From a virus, in IMG/VR virus record IMGVR_UViG_3300042923_000524, positions 73,948-137,947 of that record: a DNA stretch of 64,000 nucleotides; one strand, written 5' to 3'. A model generated the notes under the pieces. That model saw only the letters and a program-made list of their open reading frames with translations. It did no database searches and had not been told where the DNA came from. Below are positions 1-9,799 of the stretch, in pieces (positions within the stretch are counted from its first letter, which is position 1; each line of letters opens with the position of its first letter). The translations under genes and the position numbers were made by a program.

Positions 1-117
1 TGTTAATTTTCTATACCAAAATAAAAATGGAAAATAGTAAATTCTATCCTGACATCCAACATTTGTTGATTCCTTCATTTATATTCTCCTTTCCATCAAA
101 TTGAAATTCTATTGTAA

Positions 118-351
118 TTATAAATTTGAATTAAAACCTGTTTTTATATTATCTATAATGTAATCTATAAACAATTTACTTGGATTAAATGTTTCTTCAA
201 TAAAACCATTTAAATCATGATTGTTTAACAATGCAAATATTGCAAATACTGGTATTATAATTATCATTATTATCAAACAGGGTATAGATAATATTGTACA
301 AATTATATTTCTAATTCTTTTATACATATTCTCTCCTTTCAAAATCCCCAT
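118..351 (-). CDS. small hypothetical membrane protein
   Basis: ORF track; one hydrophobic stretch; RBS suggests start at MYKRIR. Confidence 0.6.
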   Translation of the reverse strand: MGILKGENMYKRIRNIICTILSIPCLIIMIIIIPVFAIFALLNNHDLNGFIEETFNPSKLFIDYIIDNIKTGFNSNL

Positions 352-374
352 AAATTTCGCATTCTAAAGTCATT

Positions 375-962
375 TTAATCAATTTTAATAACTTTATCAT
401 CTTTAGTATTCATAATATAAAAAGGTCTTTTGACTCCACACCCATGCTTCTCAGATGCTTCTAATCCCTCTTTTATTCTATCTATAGTACTTTTATCCTT
501 ATTCTGTGATAAAACAGCCATAGCAAATTGTTTTCCAGAGCCACTAGTTACATAATCATCTTCTGATTCTAAAACTTGACCATTGTTTTCTATTATGTAT
601 AATTGATTTTTATAGGCAAGAATTATATCACCATTTATACTTTCATATCCGTCTTTATATGTGGTACATCTATAATCCCTAGCCAAACTCATTATTTTAG
701 TTGCTGTATGCTTAAAAATATGTTCAATATTAACTTCGTTCTTCAAATGTTTAATTTCACTAATTAAACCATCTTCAGTAGAAAGTATATTTTGTAACTT
801 ATAATCTCCGCATATAGCCATTAAAACATTTGAATTATCTTTTGCTTTAAATACTTTCTTGTTTTTAAATAGTTGCTGACAATATCCATTAGAACCTAAT
901 GAATCTGCACCTATGTATACACAATCTTGTTCTTTATCAAATACCCCTATAATACAAGTCAC
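375..962 (-). CDS. HslV/proteasome-beta-like Ntn-hydrolase (threonine peptidase)
   Basis: N-terminal MTCIIG (Thr nucleophile), GADS, and GSG motif (VTSGSGKQFA). Confidence 0.75.
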   Translation of the reverse strand: MTCIIGVFDKEQDCVYIGADSLGSNGYCQQLFKNKKVFKAKDNSNVLMAICGDYKLQNILSTEDGLISEIKHLKNEVNIEHIFKHTATKIMSLARDYRCTTYKDGYESINGDIILAYKNQLYIIENNGQVLESEDDYVTSGSGKQFAMAVLSQNKDKSTIDRIKEGLEASEKHGCGVKRPFYIMNTKDDKVIKID

Positions 963-974
963 TTATTAATCCTC

Positions 975-1184
975 CTATATCTCCGCACATTTCACAGCAT
1001 AAATATTATATTTTACTTTACAAACTTGGCAAATATATGTATCTTTCTCAATATCTAAATAAATTCTATTTACATTACTCATATCTCTACCACATATACT
1101 GCAACTCTCCCAAACATCACTGTATACTTTGTTATTAACTCTGTTGTTCATCTCTTGACTCATCCTCTTGATTTCCTTTCTCAT
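975..1184 (-). CDS. small zinc-finger protein
   Basis: CSIC...CQVC; RBS present. Confidence 0.6.
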   Translation of the reverse strand: MRKEIKRMSQEMNNRVNNKVYSDVWESCSICGRDMSNVNRIYLDIEKDTYICQVCKVKYNIYAVKCAEI

Positions 1185-1647
1185 CTACGATTACTTCCTC
1201 TTTGTGAACTGTATTTATTTTTATATTAATTATTACATCTGTATTATAAAATAATATTGTTTCTAAATCAGTATCTAGTGTACTAAATCCATTGCCGATT
1301 TTTTCAACTAAATAAAATTTCTCTATCTTATTCTCAAATCTTCTTATTAGCTTTCCTGTGCCTTCAAATATAATATTATTTAAATCTGATATACTAATAT
1401 GTATTGGTTGCTTAGTTACGCTATACAGATGAATTCCAAGTGTCTCATTTATATCAACACTTTCAGGTAGTTTACTATTATATAAGTGATATTCTATCTT
1501 ATCTATTCTATTCTTCAGCATCAGTACCCCTGTCTTGTTTAATCCTTTAACTGGCTCATCTTCTGAATCTAGTGTTGGTATAACCATTTCATAAGATTTA
1601 GTATCTATATTCTTATTCATATATCTTTCTATGTATTGATTGTTCAT
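1135..1647 (-). CDS. hypothetical protein
   Basis: 170-aa ORF with GGAGG RBS. Confidence 0.7.
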   Translation of the reverse strand: MNNQYIERYMNKNIDTKSYEMVIPTLDSEDEPVKGLNKTGVLMLKNRIDKIEYHLYNSKLPESVDINETLGIHLYSVTKQPIHISISDLNNIIFEGTGKLIRRFENKIEKFYLVEKIGNGFSTLDTDLETILFYNTDVIINIKINTVHKEEVIVDEKGNQEDESRDEQQS

Positions 1648-1884
1648 TCTTTATGATACCTCCATATATTTTGTTGTTTTAGTTATATTTATTAATTTTA
1701 TATTTGTCATTATATAACTTTTGTAAAAGAAATCCTTAAATTCACAACTTTGTCGTGCTGACCACCTCCTTATAAATTAATTATAGCACGATTGTAGTGG
1801 AAGTCAATATGTAATTTTATATTTGTTATTAGTTAATTTTTACTTGATTAATTTGGAAATAAATTACAGTCCACACCCCCATTT

Positions 1885-1957
1885 CCACCTCTGGATATCC
1901 ACCGTATGGAAACCCACATATGGAACTCCATAGTATGGAACTCCACCTCTGGAAAAT
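1885..1957. repeat. five tandem 14-15 bp iteron-like repeats CCA(N4-5)TGGA
   Basis: ccacctctggatat / ccaccgtatggaaac / ccacatatggaact / ccatagtatggaact / ccacctctggaaaat, followed by an AT-rich tract. Confidence 0.8.
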
Positions 1958-2091
1958 GGCGTACTACTAATAATAATATAAACTAAAAATAATTAGACTA
2001 ACAATAATATAACTAACAATAAGAAATTAAAAATAATGTTAATTTTCTGACCGCCAAAAGGCGTTTAGTATTGACTTTCTTTTTCACATTT

Positions 2092-2415
2092 TTATTCGTC
2101 ATCCAAAATCTGTTCTTTCACTTTTCTAGTTTCGTAAATTTCATATGGATAACTAAATCTACCATCTATTCTATTTTTGATTTTATCTCTTTCTACATAT
2201 CCTGATTCAATTAACTCTTTCATTATCTTAGAAATACCCTTTACACCACAATTAAAGTGTTTTGCTATTTCTGTTTCATAAAATTGCCAATCATCAGGTT
2301 GAGATAATAAATACAACATTATTCCTTTTGCTTGAGGGGATAGTGTATGGTCGTTTATTAAGTCTTTATGTATTTGAACAAAATTGCCTTTTTCTTTTTC
2401 AGCTCTATATATCAT
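2092..2415 (-). CDS. phage replication initiator-like winged-helix protein (N-terminal domain only)
   Basis: NFVQIHKDLINDHTLSPQAKGIMLYLLSQPDDWQFY...KELIESGYVER, typical of phage replisome-organiser N-termini. Confidence 0.75.
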   Translation of the reverse strand: MIYRAEKEKGNFVQIHKDLINDHTLSPQAKGIMLYLLSQPDDWQFYETEIAKHFNCGVKGISKIMKELIESGYVERDKIKNRIDGRFSYPYEIYETRKVKEQILDDE

Positions 2416-2509
2416 TTAAACTTTTTTCACCTCCTACATTAATTCTATCATGGTTATTTTGTTTGTCAACACCTAATTTTATATTTGTTTTTATAAACTT
2501 ATATTTTGA

Positions 2510-2716
2510 TTAATCTCCTTCCTTAATAAACTCAACTATGTCCCCTATTTCACATCCTAAATAAACACATAACTTTTCTATAGTCTCCAATGTTAGGTTT
2601 TCATTATTATTTATCTTTGTTACTATCTTAAAACTTAATCCAGATTCTTTGCAAACCGTACTAAGTTTTAATCTTCTATCTACAAGCAAATGTAATAGTT
2701 TGTTATAACTTATCAT
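2510..2716 (-). CDS. XRE/Cro-C1-type HTH regulator
   Basis: MISYNKLLHLL...LETIEKLCVYLGCEIGDIVEF pattern. Confidence 0.85.
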   Translation of the reverse strand: MISYNKLLHLLVDRRLKLSTVCKESGLSFKIVTKINNNENLTLETIEKLCVYLGCEIGDIVEFIKEGD

Positions 2717-2928
2717 TAATATTCACCTCTATACCATTATATGCTAAAGGTAGTGAAAAATAAATATAGGAAAAATATTATATTTATGGTTGCAATATTA
2801 ACCGATAGGTAATATAATAAGAGCATAAGGTATTACTTTTGACATACAAAACATTAAACTAAAACTCAAAACAAAAGAAAAACCATAAAAAGTGTTACAA
2901 ATAACATACTTAAAAGGAGAGTGAAACA

Positions 2929-3858
2929 ATGTATGCTAGTATTGATTTAGGTACAACAAGAATAAAAGACCATCTAGGTAATTGTTATGCGTCTGGAATA
3001 TCAGAGAGAGTTTACGACATGGCAAATTATGTTATGACACTAGAAGGTAAAAAATATACAATGGAATTATTTCATGAGAAAGCAATATACGATGTAAATA
3101 GTAATAAAGCTTTAAATACTAATGCTAGATTAAACTACTTATATGCTTTACACAAAATTACTAATGGTGATATGGGTATATATAAAGATGTTGTTGTACC
3201 CCTACCAGCAAAACAATATGAAAATGAAGAATCTGTAGCAATGTATAAGAAACTTCTTACATTAGATAATTCAATAATGGTTGATGTAAATGGAAATACA
3301 AAAGAAATATATGTTGATAGTGTAGGAATTGTACCAGAGGATTTTCCAGCTTACTATACAGAAGAAATAAATACTGAACGTTTTGGAAATGCAAAAACTC
3401 TATTAATTGGAATTGGTGGATTTAATTCAAATCAATACCTAATAAAGAATGGGGATATAATAAAATCTGACTCAGACGAACAGGGTTGTTTACAGTTATT
3501 TAGTGACATTGCAAGCATTATAAACAGTAAATATAATTCTAATATAAGTCTTGAAGAAGTGTATAGTACTTTAACTAAAGGATTATTTTACAAAGGTGAA
3601 TATATTGATATTTTACCAATTGCTAAAGAACCTATAATGGAATATTGTAAGAAATTTTATAATAAACTCAAACTTAAATTTTCTGTAGATACCGTGCCTT
3701 TTGTTCCTTGCGTGGGAGGCGGTAGCATATTTTTAACAGAATATTTACGTGAATATATCCCCCACTTAGAGTTAATTAAAAATGCACAGAATGTTGCTGC
3801 TAAAGGTATGAGATATATGTTAGGTGTAGATGAATTACAGGATGTGGTTAATTTATGA
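2929..3858 (+). CDS. parM: ParM/StbA-family actin-like segregation ATPase
   Basis: IDLGTTRIK phosphate-1, IGIGGFNSN phosphate-2, VGGGS adenosine motif. Confidence 0.8.
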   Translation: MYASIDLGTTRIKDHLGNCYASGISERVYDMANYVMTLEGKKYTMELFHEKAIYDVNSNKALNTNARLNYLYALHKITNGDMGIYKDVVVPLPAKQYENEESVAMYKKLLTLDNSIMVDVNGNTKEIYVDSVGIVPEDFPAYYTEEINTERFGNAKTLLIGIGGFNSNQYLIKNGDIIKSDSDEQGCLQLFSDIASIINSKYNSNISLEEVYSTLTKGLFYKGEYIDILPIAKEPIMEYCKKFYNKLKLKFSVDTVPFVPCVGGGSIFLTEYLREYIPHLELIKNAQNVAAKGMRYMLGVDELQDVVNL

Positions 3859-4070
3859 GCTGGAGGAGAAGTTTATCATTTTCAACAGATGAAGAGGATT
3901 TAAAGAATCACTTTGATACAGGTGGGAGAAGTGATTTTGCTAAAGAAGCTATGAAATTCTTTATTAAGTTTAGAGATAAGGTTTTTATTGTTCCAGATGG
4001 AATGAGTTTTAATCATTCACCCAAAACAGCACAAATACCAAAGAATAATATTAAGAAATTTATCAAATAA
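3855..4070 (+). CDS. putative ParR-like adaptor / RHH DNA-binding protein
   Basis: overlaps parM stop (ATGA); SLSFST...RSDFAKEAMKFFI RHH-like pattern. Confidence 0.6.
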   Translation: MSWRRSLSFSTDEEDLKNHFDTGGRSDFAKEAMKFFIKFRDKVFIVPDGMSFNHSPKTAQIPKNNIKKFIK

Positions 4071-4220
4071 TACTAATAATTAACATAATTACCTATATAA
4101 AATACTTCTGATGAAATAATTGATTACAAAAGACTTAAAGAACGCATTAAGAGTCTAATCAATAGTTTTATTAGGAGTATTTTTATTATAATCATTTGCT
4201 TAAAATAGGAGGGATATGAA

Positions 4221-4400
4221 TTGGAAGTGATAGGTGCATTTATATATACTTATTTAGAATATGTTGTTGGTGGGGTTGGGGCAGTAGGATTTATAGGGTA
4301 TATGTTGACTAGAAAAACACATGACCATTCAAATGATTTAACCCCTTATGTAGTAAAATTGGGTAGACAAAAAGATGCTATTACTAAACAAACAAAATAA
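4221..4400 (+). CDS. 59-aa membrane protein (not in ORF track)
   Basis: TTG start after GGAGG; hydrophobic YVVGGVGAVGFIGYML. Confidence 0.6.
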   Translation: MEVIGAFIYTYLEYVVGGVGAVGFIGYMLTRKTHDHSNDLTPYVVKLGRQKDAITKQTK

Positions 4401-4416
4401 AGTGAGGTAGTGTATT

Positions 4417-5805
4417 ATGGCAAACCCATTAGCAAAAACAAATTTGAAATCTAAATTAACTAAAGAGGATATTCTAAATCAGAAAAAATATATAAAAGCA
4501 AAAAACGAATTCAAAGAAAAATTCTACAGATTAATGTTTGAGTTAGGTTTGTACAATAAATTCAATAAAACTTATTTCTTACAGATAATGAATGAAACTA
4601 ATTATGGATTTTATGCTCAGTTGTATCTTGTAGATGGTCTTTCGTTTAAACAACTTCAACAAAAAATAGGTGAATTACAGGAGGGATTATGTTGTATTTG
4701 GATAATGCAGACTAAACAATTTGAGAATTATGCTTCAGTAAAGATAGTTACTCAACCTTTAGATGAAAACTTACCATTTGAAAATCCAAAGATTAAACCA
4801 CATCAAATGTATCTAGGTATGAGTTTTTCAATGAAACCTATAATCATAGACGTTGTGTTAAACTGCATGATGCTCTGTGGAGGTGCTACAAACAAAGGAA
4901 AAACTAGATGGATATATTGTGTATTACTTAGTTGGATTTTAGGATGTAAACCTTCAGAAGTTGAATTATATATTTCAGATATTGCAAAGGATGAATACGT
5001 ACTATTTAAGAATGTTAAACATGTTAAGTGTTATGCCAATGAATTGGAACAATTATACAATATGGTACATGAATTAAAACGTAAGTTTGAAGAAAGAAAA
5101 GTATTAATTAGTAAATATAGAGAGACAGGTGAAGCGACTAATATATGGGAATACAATCTAATTAGTAAAAACAAATTATCATATGTTTATTATGTTATAG
5201 ATGAATTATCAGTGTTAATGCCTGATAAAACTGACAGTGAAGATGAAAAAGACATGAAAGGCGAAATACTAGCTATTTCAAAAATGCTAGAAAAGACCGC
5301 TAGAGCATTAGGTATATATGTATTATGTGCGACACAAAAAACTACTAAAGAAGAAATGCCAAGTATTATTAAAAATATGTCAGCCGTAAGAGTAAGTTTC
5401 GGAGCGAATGATGCAGTATCTTCAGAAGTTATTATGGGAGACTCCAGTGCAGTAGGGTTGCAACAGAGATATGCTGTCTACTCTTTAAATGGCGGTGAGA
5501 AGAAAGATTATTTGTTTAGTCCTTACCTAACCACAGATATGTTAAAAATGTTACTAGAGCCGTATAAAACAAATAAAACAGAATTAAACAAACCTAATCC
5601 AATAAAAGAAATACCAACTATTGAAACTCTAGATTTACCGAAACAAATGATTCCTTATAATCAAAATTCAAATTATACACTTCAGCCTATTATATGGAAA
5701 TTAGATGCAAAGTTTAGACCATATAAAAAGCAGGATGTGGAAATTGTAGAAATGCCTAAACCACTATTTCATAATAATGGAGATGATGATTGCATTGATT
5801 ACTGA
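4417..5805 (+). CDS. FtsK/SpoIIIE-domain ATPase
   Basis: Walker A GGATNKGKT, Walker B YYVIDELS, ARALGIYVLCATQK. Confidence 0.9.
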   Translation: MANPLAKTNLKSKLTKEDILNQKKYIKAKNEFKEKFYRLMFELGLYNKFNKTYFLQIMNETNYGFYAQLYLVDGLSFKQLQQKIGELQEGLCCIWIMQTKQFENYASVKIVTQPLDENLPFENPKIKPHQMYLGMSFSMKPIIIDVVLNCMMLCGGATNKGKTRWIYCVLLSWILGCKPSEVELYISDIAKDEYVLFKNVKHVKCYANELEQLYNMVHELKRKFEERKVLISKYRETGEATNIWEYNLISKNKLSYVYYVIDELSVLMPDKTDSEDEKDMKGEILAISKMLEKTARALGIYVLCATQKTTKEEMPSIIKNMSAVRVSFGANDAVSSEVIMGDSSAVGLQQRYAVYSLNGGEKKDYLFSPYLTTDMLKMLLEPYKTNKTELNKPNPIKEIPTIETLDLPKQMIPYNQNSNYTLQPIIWKLDAKFRPYKKQDVEIVEMPKPLFHNNGDDDCIDY

Positions 5806-6415
5806 TAAAGATTATTTAATCATACGCTATTTAGAAAAGTATAAATTTTGTACCATAGGACAATTAGAGAAAATTTTCTACAGAGAACAACAATACAGTT
5901 ACAATATTGTGAGAAAAAGACTTGAAGAAATGATTAAGGCTAAATATATTAAAGAACCTGTTAAGAATCTTGAAACTAATAAGAATGTTTATATTTACAA
6001 TGACAAAGATTTAAAACCACCTAATCACCATAGATTAATCCTTTTAGATTTACTTGCAGAGATGATATATTCAGGATTTAATGTAGAACAATTTGAAATT
6101 GAAAAATCATGGGCAGATGGAAAATTTCGTTCAGATGCTTTTGCAGTATTTACAATTCCTGATGGTTTTGGTTCTACAAAGAAAAGAAAATATCACTTTT
6201 TTATAGAAGTGCAATTATCAAACAACTATCACAACTTGAACAAATATGATGAACTTTATAAAACCTATGCTGTTCAAAATTATTTAAACAAAGACTTTTA
6301 TCCTAATAAGATATTATTAATCTCTGACAAAACTTATCCAAAGATAGAGTTACAACATGCTCAAGTAATACAACTAGATACTAAGTTAAGTTTATTTCCA
6401 ATCATACTTTTATAG
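5777..6415 (+). CDS. replication-relaxation (Replic_Relax) family protein
   Basis: N-terminal wHTH, HRLILLD, RSDAF...FFIEVQLS...KY nuclease-like motifs; coupled to FtsK. Confidence 0.75.
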   Translation: MEMMIALITDKDYLIIRYLEKYKFCTIGQLEKIFYREQQYSYNIVRKRLEEMIKAKYIKEPVKNLETNKNVYIYNDKDLKPPNHHRLILLDLLAEMIYSGFNVEQFEIEKSWADGKFRSDAFAVFTIPDGFGSTKKRKYHFFIEVQLSNNYHNLNKYDELYKTYAVQNYLNKDFYPNKILLISDKTYPKIELQHAQVIQLDTKLSLFPIILL

Positions 6416-6524
6416 TAAATATTGTAGCAAATACTGTAGTTTTATATGGTTGTTAACTACTAGATAATAAGGTATGTGGACATTGGGAATATGAATAGGG
6501 ACAATAAATCAATAGTAATAGCGA

Positions 6525-7187
6525 ATGAATATGAAGCTGTTACGTATGCATGAAGGAGTGATAGCGATGTCATGGAATTTCAAAATGGCAATTGACGAAC
6601 TCCATAAGATATTCACTTTCTTAAACTTAGAAATATTCAATAATATACTACCAGAACCAGCAATTACCATTCAATCTAAAGGTAAGAGAAATGCTCTAGG
6701 ATGGTGTAGTAAAAATCCAATATGGGTAGATAGTGAAAACAAAGAACAAAAGTATGAAATTAACATTTGTGCAGAAAATGCAAATATGAAGACTACTGAT
6801 ATAGTTGAAGTTATGTTGCATGAAATGGTTCATCTTTACGGAGATATACATGAGATTAAAACTACTTCAAGAAATGGGAGTTTTCATAATAAAAATTATA
6901 GAGACTTGGCATTGCAGTTTGGATTAAATGTTGCTAAAACAAAACAATATGGATATTCAGAAACAATGCTGTGTGAGGAAACTATAATATTAGTTAATAA
7001 TGCTAATTTTAATCAAGACGCATTTATATTAGCTAGAATTAATGATGAAGGCAATATAAGTAAGAAAAAAGGTAGTATTAAACATGTATGCCCTGATTGT
7101 GGAAATAAAGCCAGAACCACCAAAGAGATTCCACTTATATGTGGTAAATGCATGGAACAAATGGATATGGAAGTTGATGAAAGTTGA
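6525..7187 (+). CDS. SprT-like zinc metalloprotease with C-terminal Zn ribbon
   Basis: LHEMVH, FHNKNY, CPDC...CGKC. Confidence 0.85.
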   Translation: MNMKLLRMHEGVIAMSWNFKMAIDELHKIFTFLNLEIFNNILPEPAITIQSKGKRNALGWCSKNPIWVDSENKEQKYEINICAENANMKTTDIVEVMLHEMVHLYGDIHEIKTTSRNGSFHNKNYRDLALQFGLNVAKTKQYGYSETMLCEETIILVNNANFNQDAFILARINDEGNISKKKGSIKHVCPDCGNKARTTKEIPLICGKCMEQMDMEVDES

Positions 7188-7457
7188 ATATTAATTTTCA
7201 AATTATGCGGTAAAACTGAAAAGTTGAATCCGCAATACATATAAGAAAGCTAACTACAAAAGATGAATGCAATTTCTTATATTAGTTTAAATGTAGGAAT
7301 TGTAGTAATACTTATCCTGTGTCTCCTTATGTGTTGGTTTAAGTTATGAGTAAGATGAATGTTGAATCATTATTCTGCGGTAGTAACTTATCTTGACATG
7401 TCTGGTTATGTAGGGTCTGTATTGTTGCAGTTGTTATGTTTGGATTGATGTAGGAAG

Positions 7458-7847
7458 ATGTGTTGGTCTTATGTGGTTGGCTTTTTATTATATGAACAAA
7501 AGAAAGGTGGAATACAAATGTTAAAATTTATGGTTAACTTGTTTGAACTTTACTTAATTACTATGGTGAGTTTTAAAGTATTGAGATTTGTAGTAAGAAG
7601 AAGTTTTGGATTAGGCAAGAAAAGTAAAGTTAAAAACGCAAAGAAAAGATTGAGCATTCTTGGAAAGATTAGATTGTTGATTAGTAGACAGTTGCATAGC
7701 AAATTAGACGGAATGTTGACTAAACAATCTGAGAGATTTAAAGCAAAAAAAGAAAGCCTTGCTAAGATTGACGCTCAACAAGACTCAAAGGAGAATATTA
7801 ATAAAGTTGTAGACTTTAAGGGTTACAAAAGTAAAGTTGTTAAGTAG
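7458..7847 (+). CDS. hypothetical protein with N-terminal hydrophobic segment
   Basis: likely start MLKFMV after GAAAGGTGG. Confidence 0.65.
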   Translation: MCWSYVVGFLLYEQKKGGIQMLKFMVNLFELYLITMVSFKVLRFVVRRSFGLGKKSKVKNAKKRLSILGKIRLLISRQLHSKLDGMLTKQSERFKAKKESLAKIDAQQDSKENINKVVDFKGYKSKVVK

Positions 7848-7893
7848 TTATGTGAGAGGTTAATTCCTCTCCTTACTACACTAACAATATTAT

Positions 7894-8157
7894 GTGCTGA
7901 TTGATTATGGTTTATGCGGAACAAAGGAGAGTGATTTTATGAATTTAATAAATTTAATAAGACTTTGCGAATTACTTGAAGCACCAATTACAATAAATTT
8001 TCAAAACAAACATATTAAGATTACGATAGACTTTCAAAATTTTGAAGGAAATAATTCAGAATTATTATTAGAAGAGATACTTAATGATGAATTGATAAAC
8101 AAGATATACAAAGAAGAATTAAAAAAATTTGAAAATACAAAGGAGAATGAGTTATGA
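7894..8157 (+). CDS. hypothetical protein
   Basis: ORF track; RBS before MNLINL. Confidence 0.6.
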   Translation: MLIDYGLCGTKESDFMNLINLIRLCELLEAPITINFQNKHIKITIDFQNFEGNNSELLLEEILNDELINKIYKEELKKFENTKENEL

Positions 8158-8369
8158 GATATTTATTGATTAATAGCAAAACAAATGAAAAAGTAGGTGA
8201 TTTTAGTACACGACAAAGAGCAAGTAGAAAGCAAGATAAACTAGACAATGAATATGGTGGTTATATACATCATATTAAAGAAGTTATATAGGGAGTGAAA
8301 TATCTCCCTTCTCTTCACAAAAATAAGAATTTAAAATTATAAGAAATTAATTAAAAGTGAGGCTATTTT

Positions 8370-8600
8370 ATGGAAAATTGTACAGAAAATAAGCAAAAAC
8401 ATATGAAAATTAATAGAAATTACAAGAGAAAATCTAATAGAAATTATAGATATATACTTATAGATTTAAGTGCTTATAATATACAGAGTATTGCTAATGT
8501 GTTGCTGGGATATGGGGTTTATTTATTGTTTAGTAGTATTAATTTGGGTTTTGAGAGTATGGCTACTGTTAATGCGTTTAAATATTTGAATAGAATGTAA
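8370..8600 (+). CDS. hypothetical membrane protein
   Basis: ORF track; RBS. Confidence 0.55.
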   Translation: MENCTENKQKHMKINRNYKRKSNRNYRYILIDLSAYNIQSIANVLLGYGVYLLFSSINLGFESMATVNAFKYLNRM

Positions 8601-8621
8601 AATAAGAAAGGGGATAGAATA

Positions 8622-8804
8622 ATGGGTACAATTATTACAATGGCTGGTATTGCTATAGGTGGAATGATGTTAGAAGGAGTTTTAGCAAAAGCAGGTAAAA
8701 TGGAAGAGGCTAAATATGTAGGAATGACAACTATAGCAGGTTTGGCAATCACTGCTGTTACTAAGTTTGTGCAATTAGCAAAAACACTTAGTAGTTTAGG
8801 TTAG
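8622..8804 (+). CDS. SpoIIIAC/AD-like small membrane protein
   Basis: two TM helices joined by LAKAGKMEEAKYV, resembling the SpoIIIAC LDQMGKKEYAQWV loop. Confidence 0.55.
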   Translation: MGTIITMAGIAIGGMMLEGVLAKAGKMEEAKYVGMTTIAGLAITAVTKFVQLAKTLSSLG

Positions 8805-8812
8805 GTGATATT

Positions 8813-9160
8813 ATGTTAGGATTAATAACTTTAGCAGGAGGAGCAATTGTTATAGGAATTAGTTGTATGGTTGATGCCAGTGGAACTGTAAAGTTAGTTG
8901 TTAGTGCAATCACAATAAGAGGTATTACATGGGTAATTAAAAAAACTATAGGTAGTATAGATAAAGATAAAGCTGATTTGATAAACTTTACTGGATGGAG
9001 TATATGTGGTATTAGTTTGGTTGGAATATTAAAGAATTGTAAGAAAGGGATAGAACCAATTGTGAGGGATTTTGGTGAAGCTGCTGGAACTGTGAGTAAG
9101 ATTAAAAGTGATTTAGATGGATTTGCTGAATGGGTAGAGAGAATTACATTTTGGGACTAA
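8813..9160 (+). CDS. membrane protein
   Basis: three hydrophobic segments; followed by a bidirectional terminator. Confidence 0.65.
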   Translation: MLGLITLAGGAIVIGISCMVDASGTVKLVVSAITIRGITWVIKKTIGSIDKDKADLINFTGWSICGISLVGILKNCKKGIEPIVRDFGEAAGTVSKIKSDLDGFAEWVERITFWD

Positions 9161-9205
9161 AAATATAAGGGTAGATTACTACCCTTATATTTTATTTTAT
9201 ATTTA

Positions 9206-9793
9206 TTATTGATTAATATATGTAAAAGTGAATCCATTATAATCTTTTCTATTATTATTTAATACTTGCCATATTATTTTATAATCTAAATTTAATTCTT
9301 TTCCTGCTTCTATAAGTGAATTATATATTTTTTTTGTTTCATTACATACTATTTTTCGTTTTGTTAAAGATTCATTTCTTATTAAATCCTCACCAGTATA
9401 TCCAGATTCCAATCTTCCCAATATTGTAAGTCTTTTAACTCCACTTTCTTTTGACCATTCAGAAATACTTTTTGTAATTCCATTAATTGTTATTTCTTTT
9501 CTATTTGACCTATTTATTGCTTGTTTGTTTAATGGTATCCATTTACAATTTTCAGGACAATAATCTTTATCAACATCAATACGTTCTAAACTCAATCCTT
9601 CTTCATAACCATTATTTATTGCCCACTCTTTAAATGTTAAATAATCATTCCACTCATCACATATCTTAATTCCTTTTCCACCATAATACTTATAATTTTC
9701 AAATGTAATACAATTACATCTTTTTCTCATACCATTCCATCTTTTATAAAGTGTGGTATAAGATTCTCCATGTGTCTTTTTACCCATTAACAT
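9206..9793 (-). CDS. free-standing HNH-type homing endonuclease with C-terminal NUMOD1-like domain
   Basis: YGGKGIKICDEW, LERIDVDKDYCPENCKW, KIVCNETKKIYNSLIEAGKEL. Confidence 0.8.
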   Translation of the reverse strand: MLMGKKTHGESYTTLYKRWNGMRKRCNCITFENYKYYGGKGIKICDEWNDYLTFKEWAINNGYEEGLSLERIDVDKDYCPENCKWIPLNKQAINRSNRKEITINGITKSISEWSKESGVKRLTILGRLESGYTGEDLIRNESLTKRKIVCNETKKIYNSLIEAGKELNLDYKIIWQVLNNNRKDYNGFTFTYINQ

Positions 9794-9799
9794 ACCTCC

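Noticed and set aside
2840-2900. AAAAC-rich tract upstream of parM as parC
   Set aside because: Repeats are too degenerate to separate from AT-rich background
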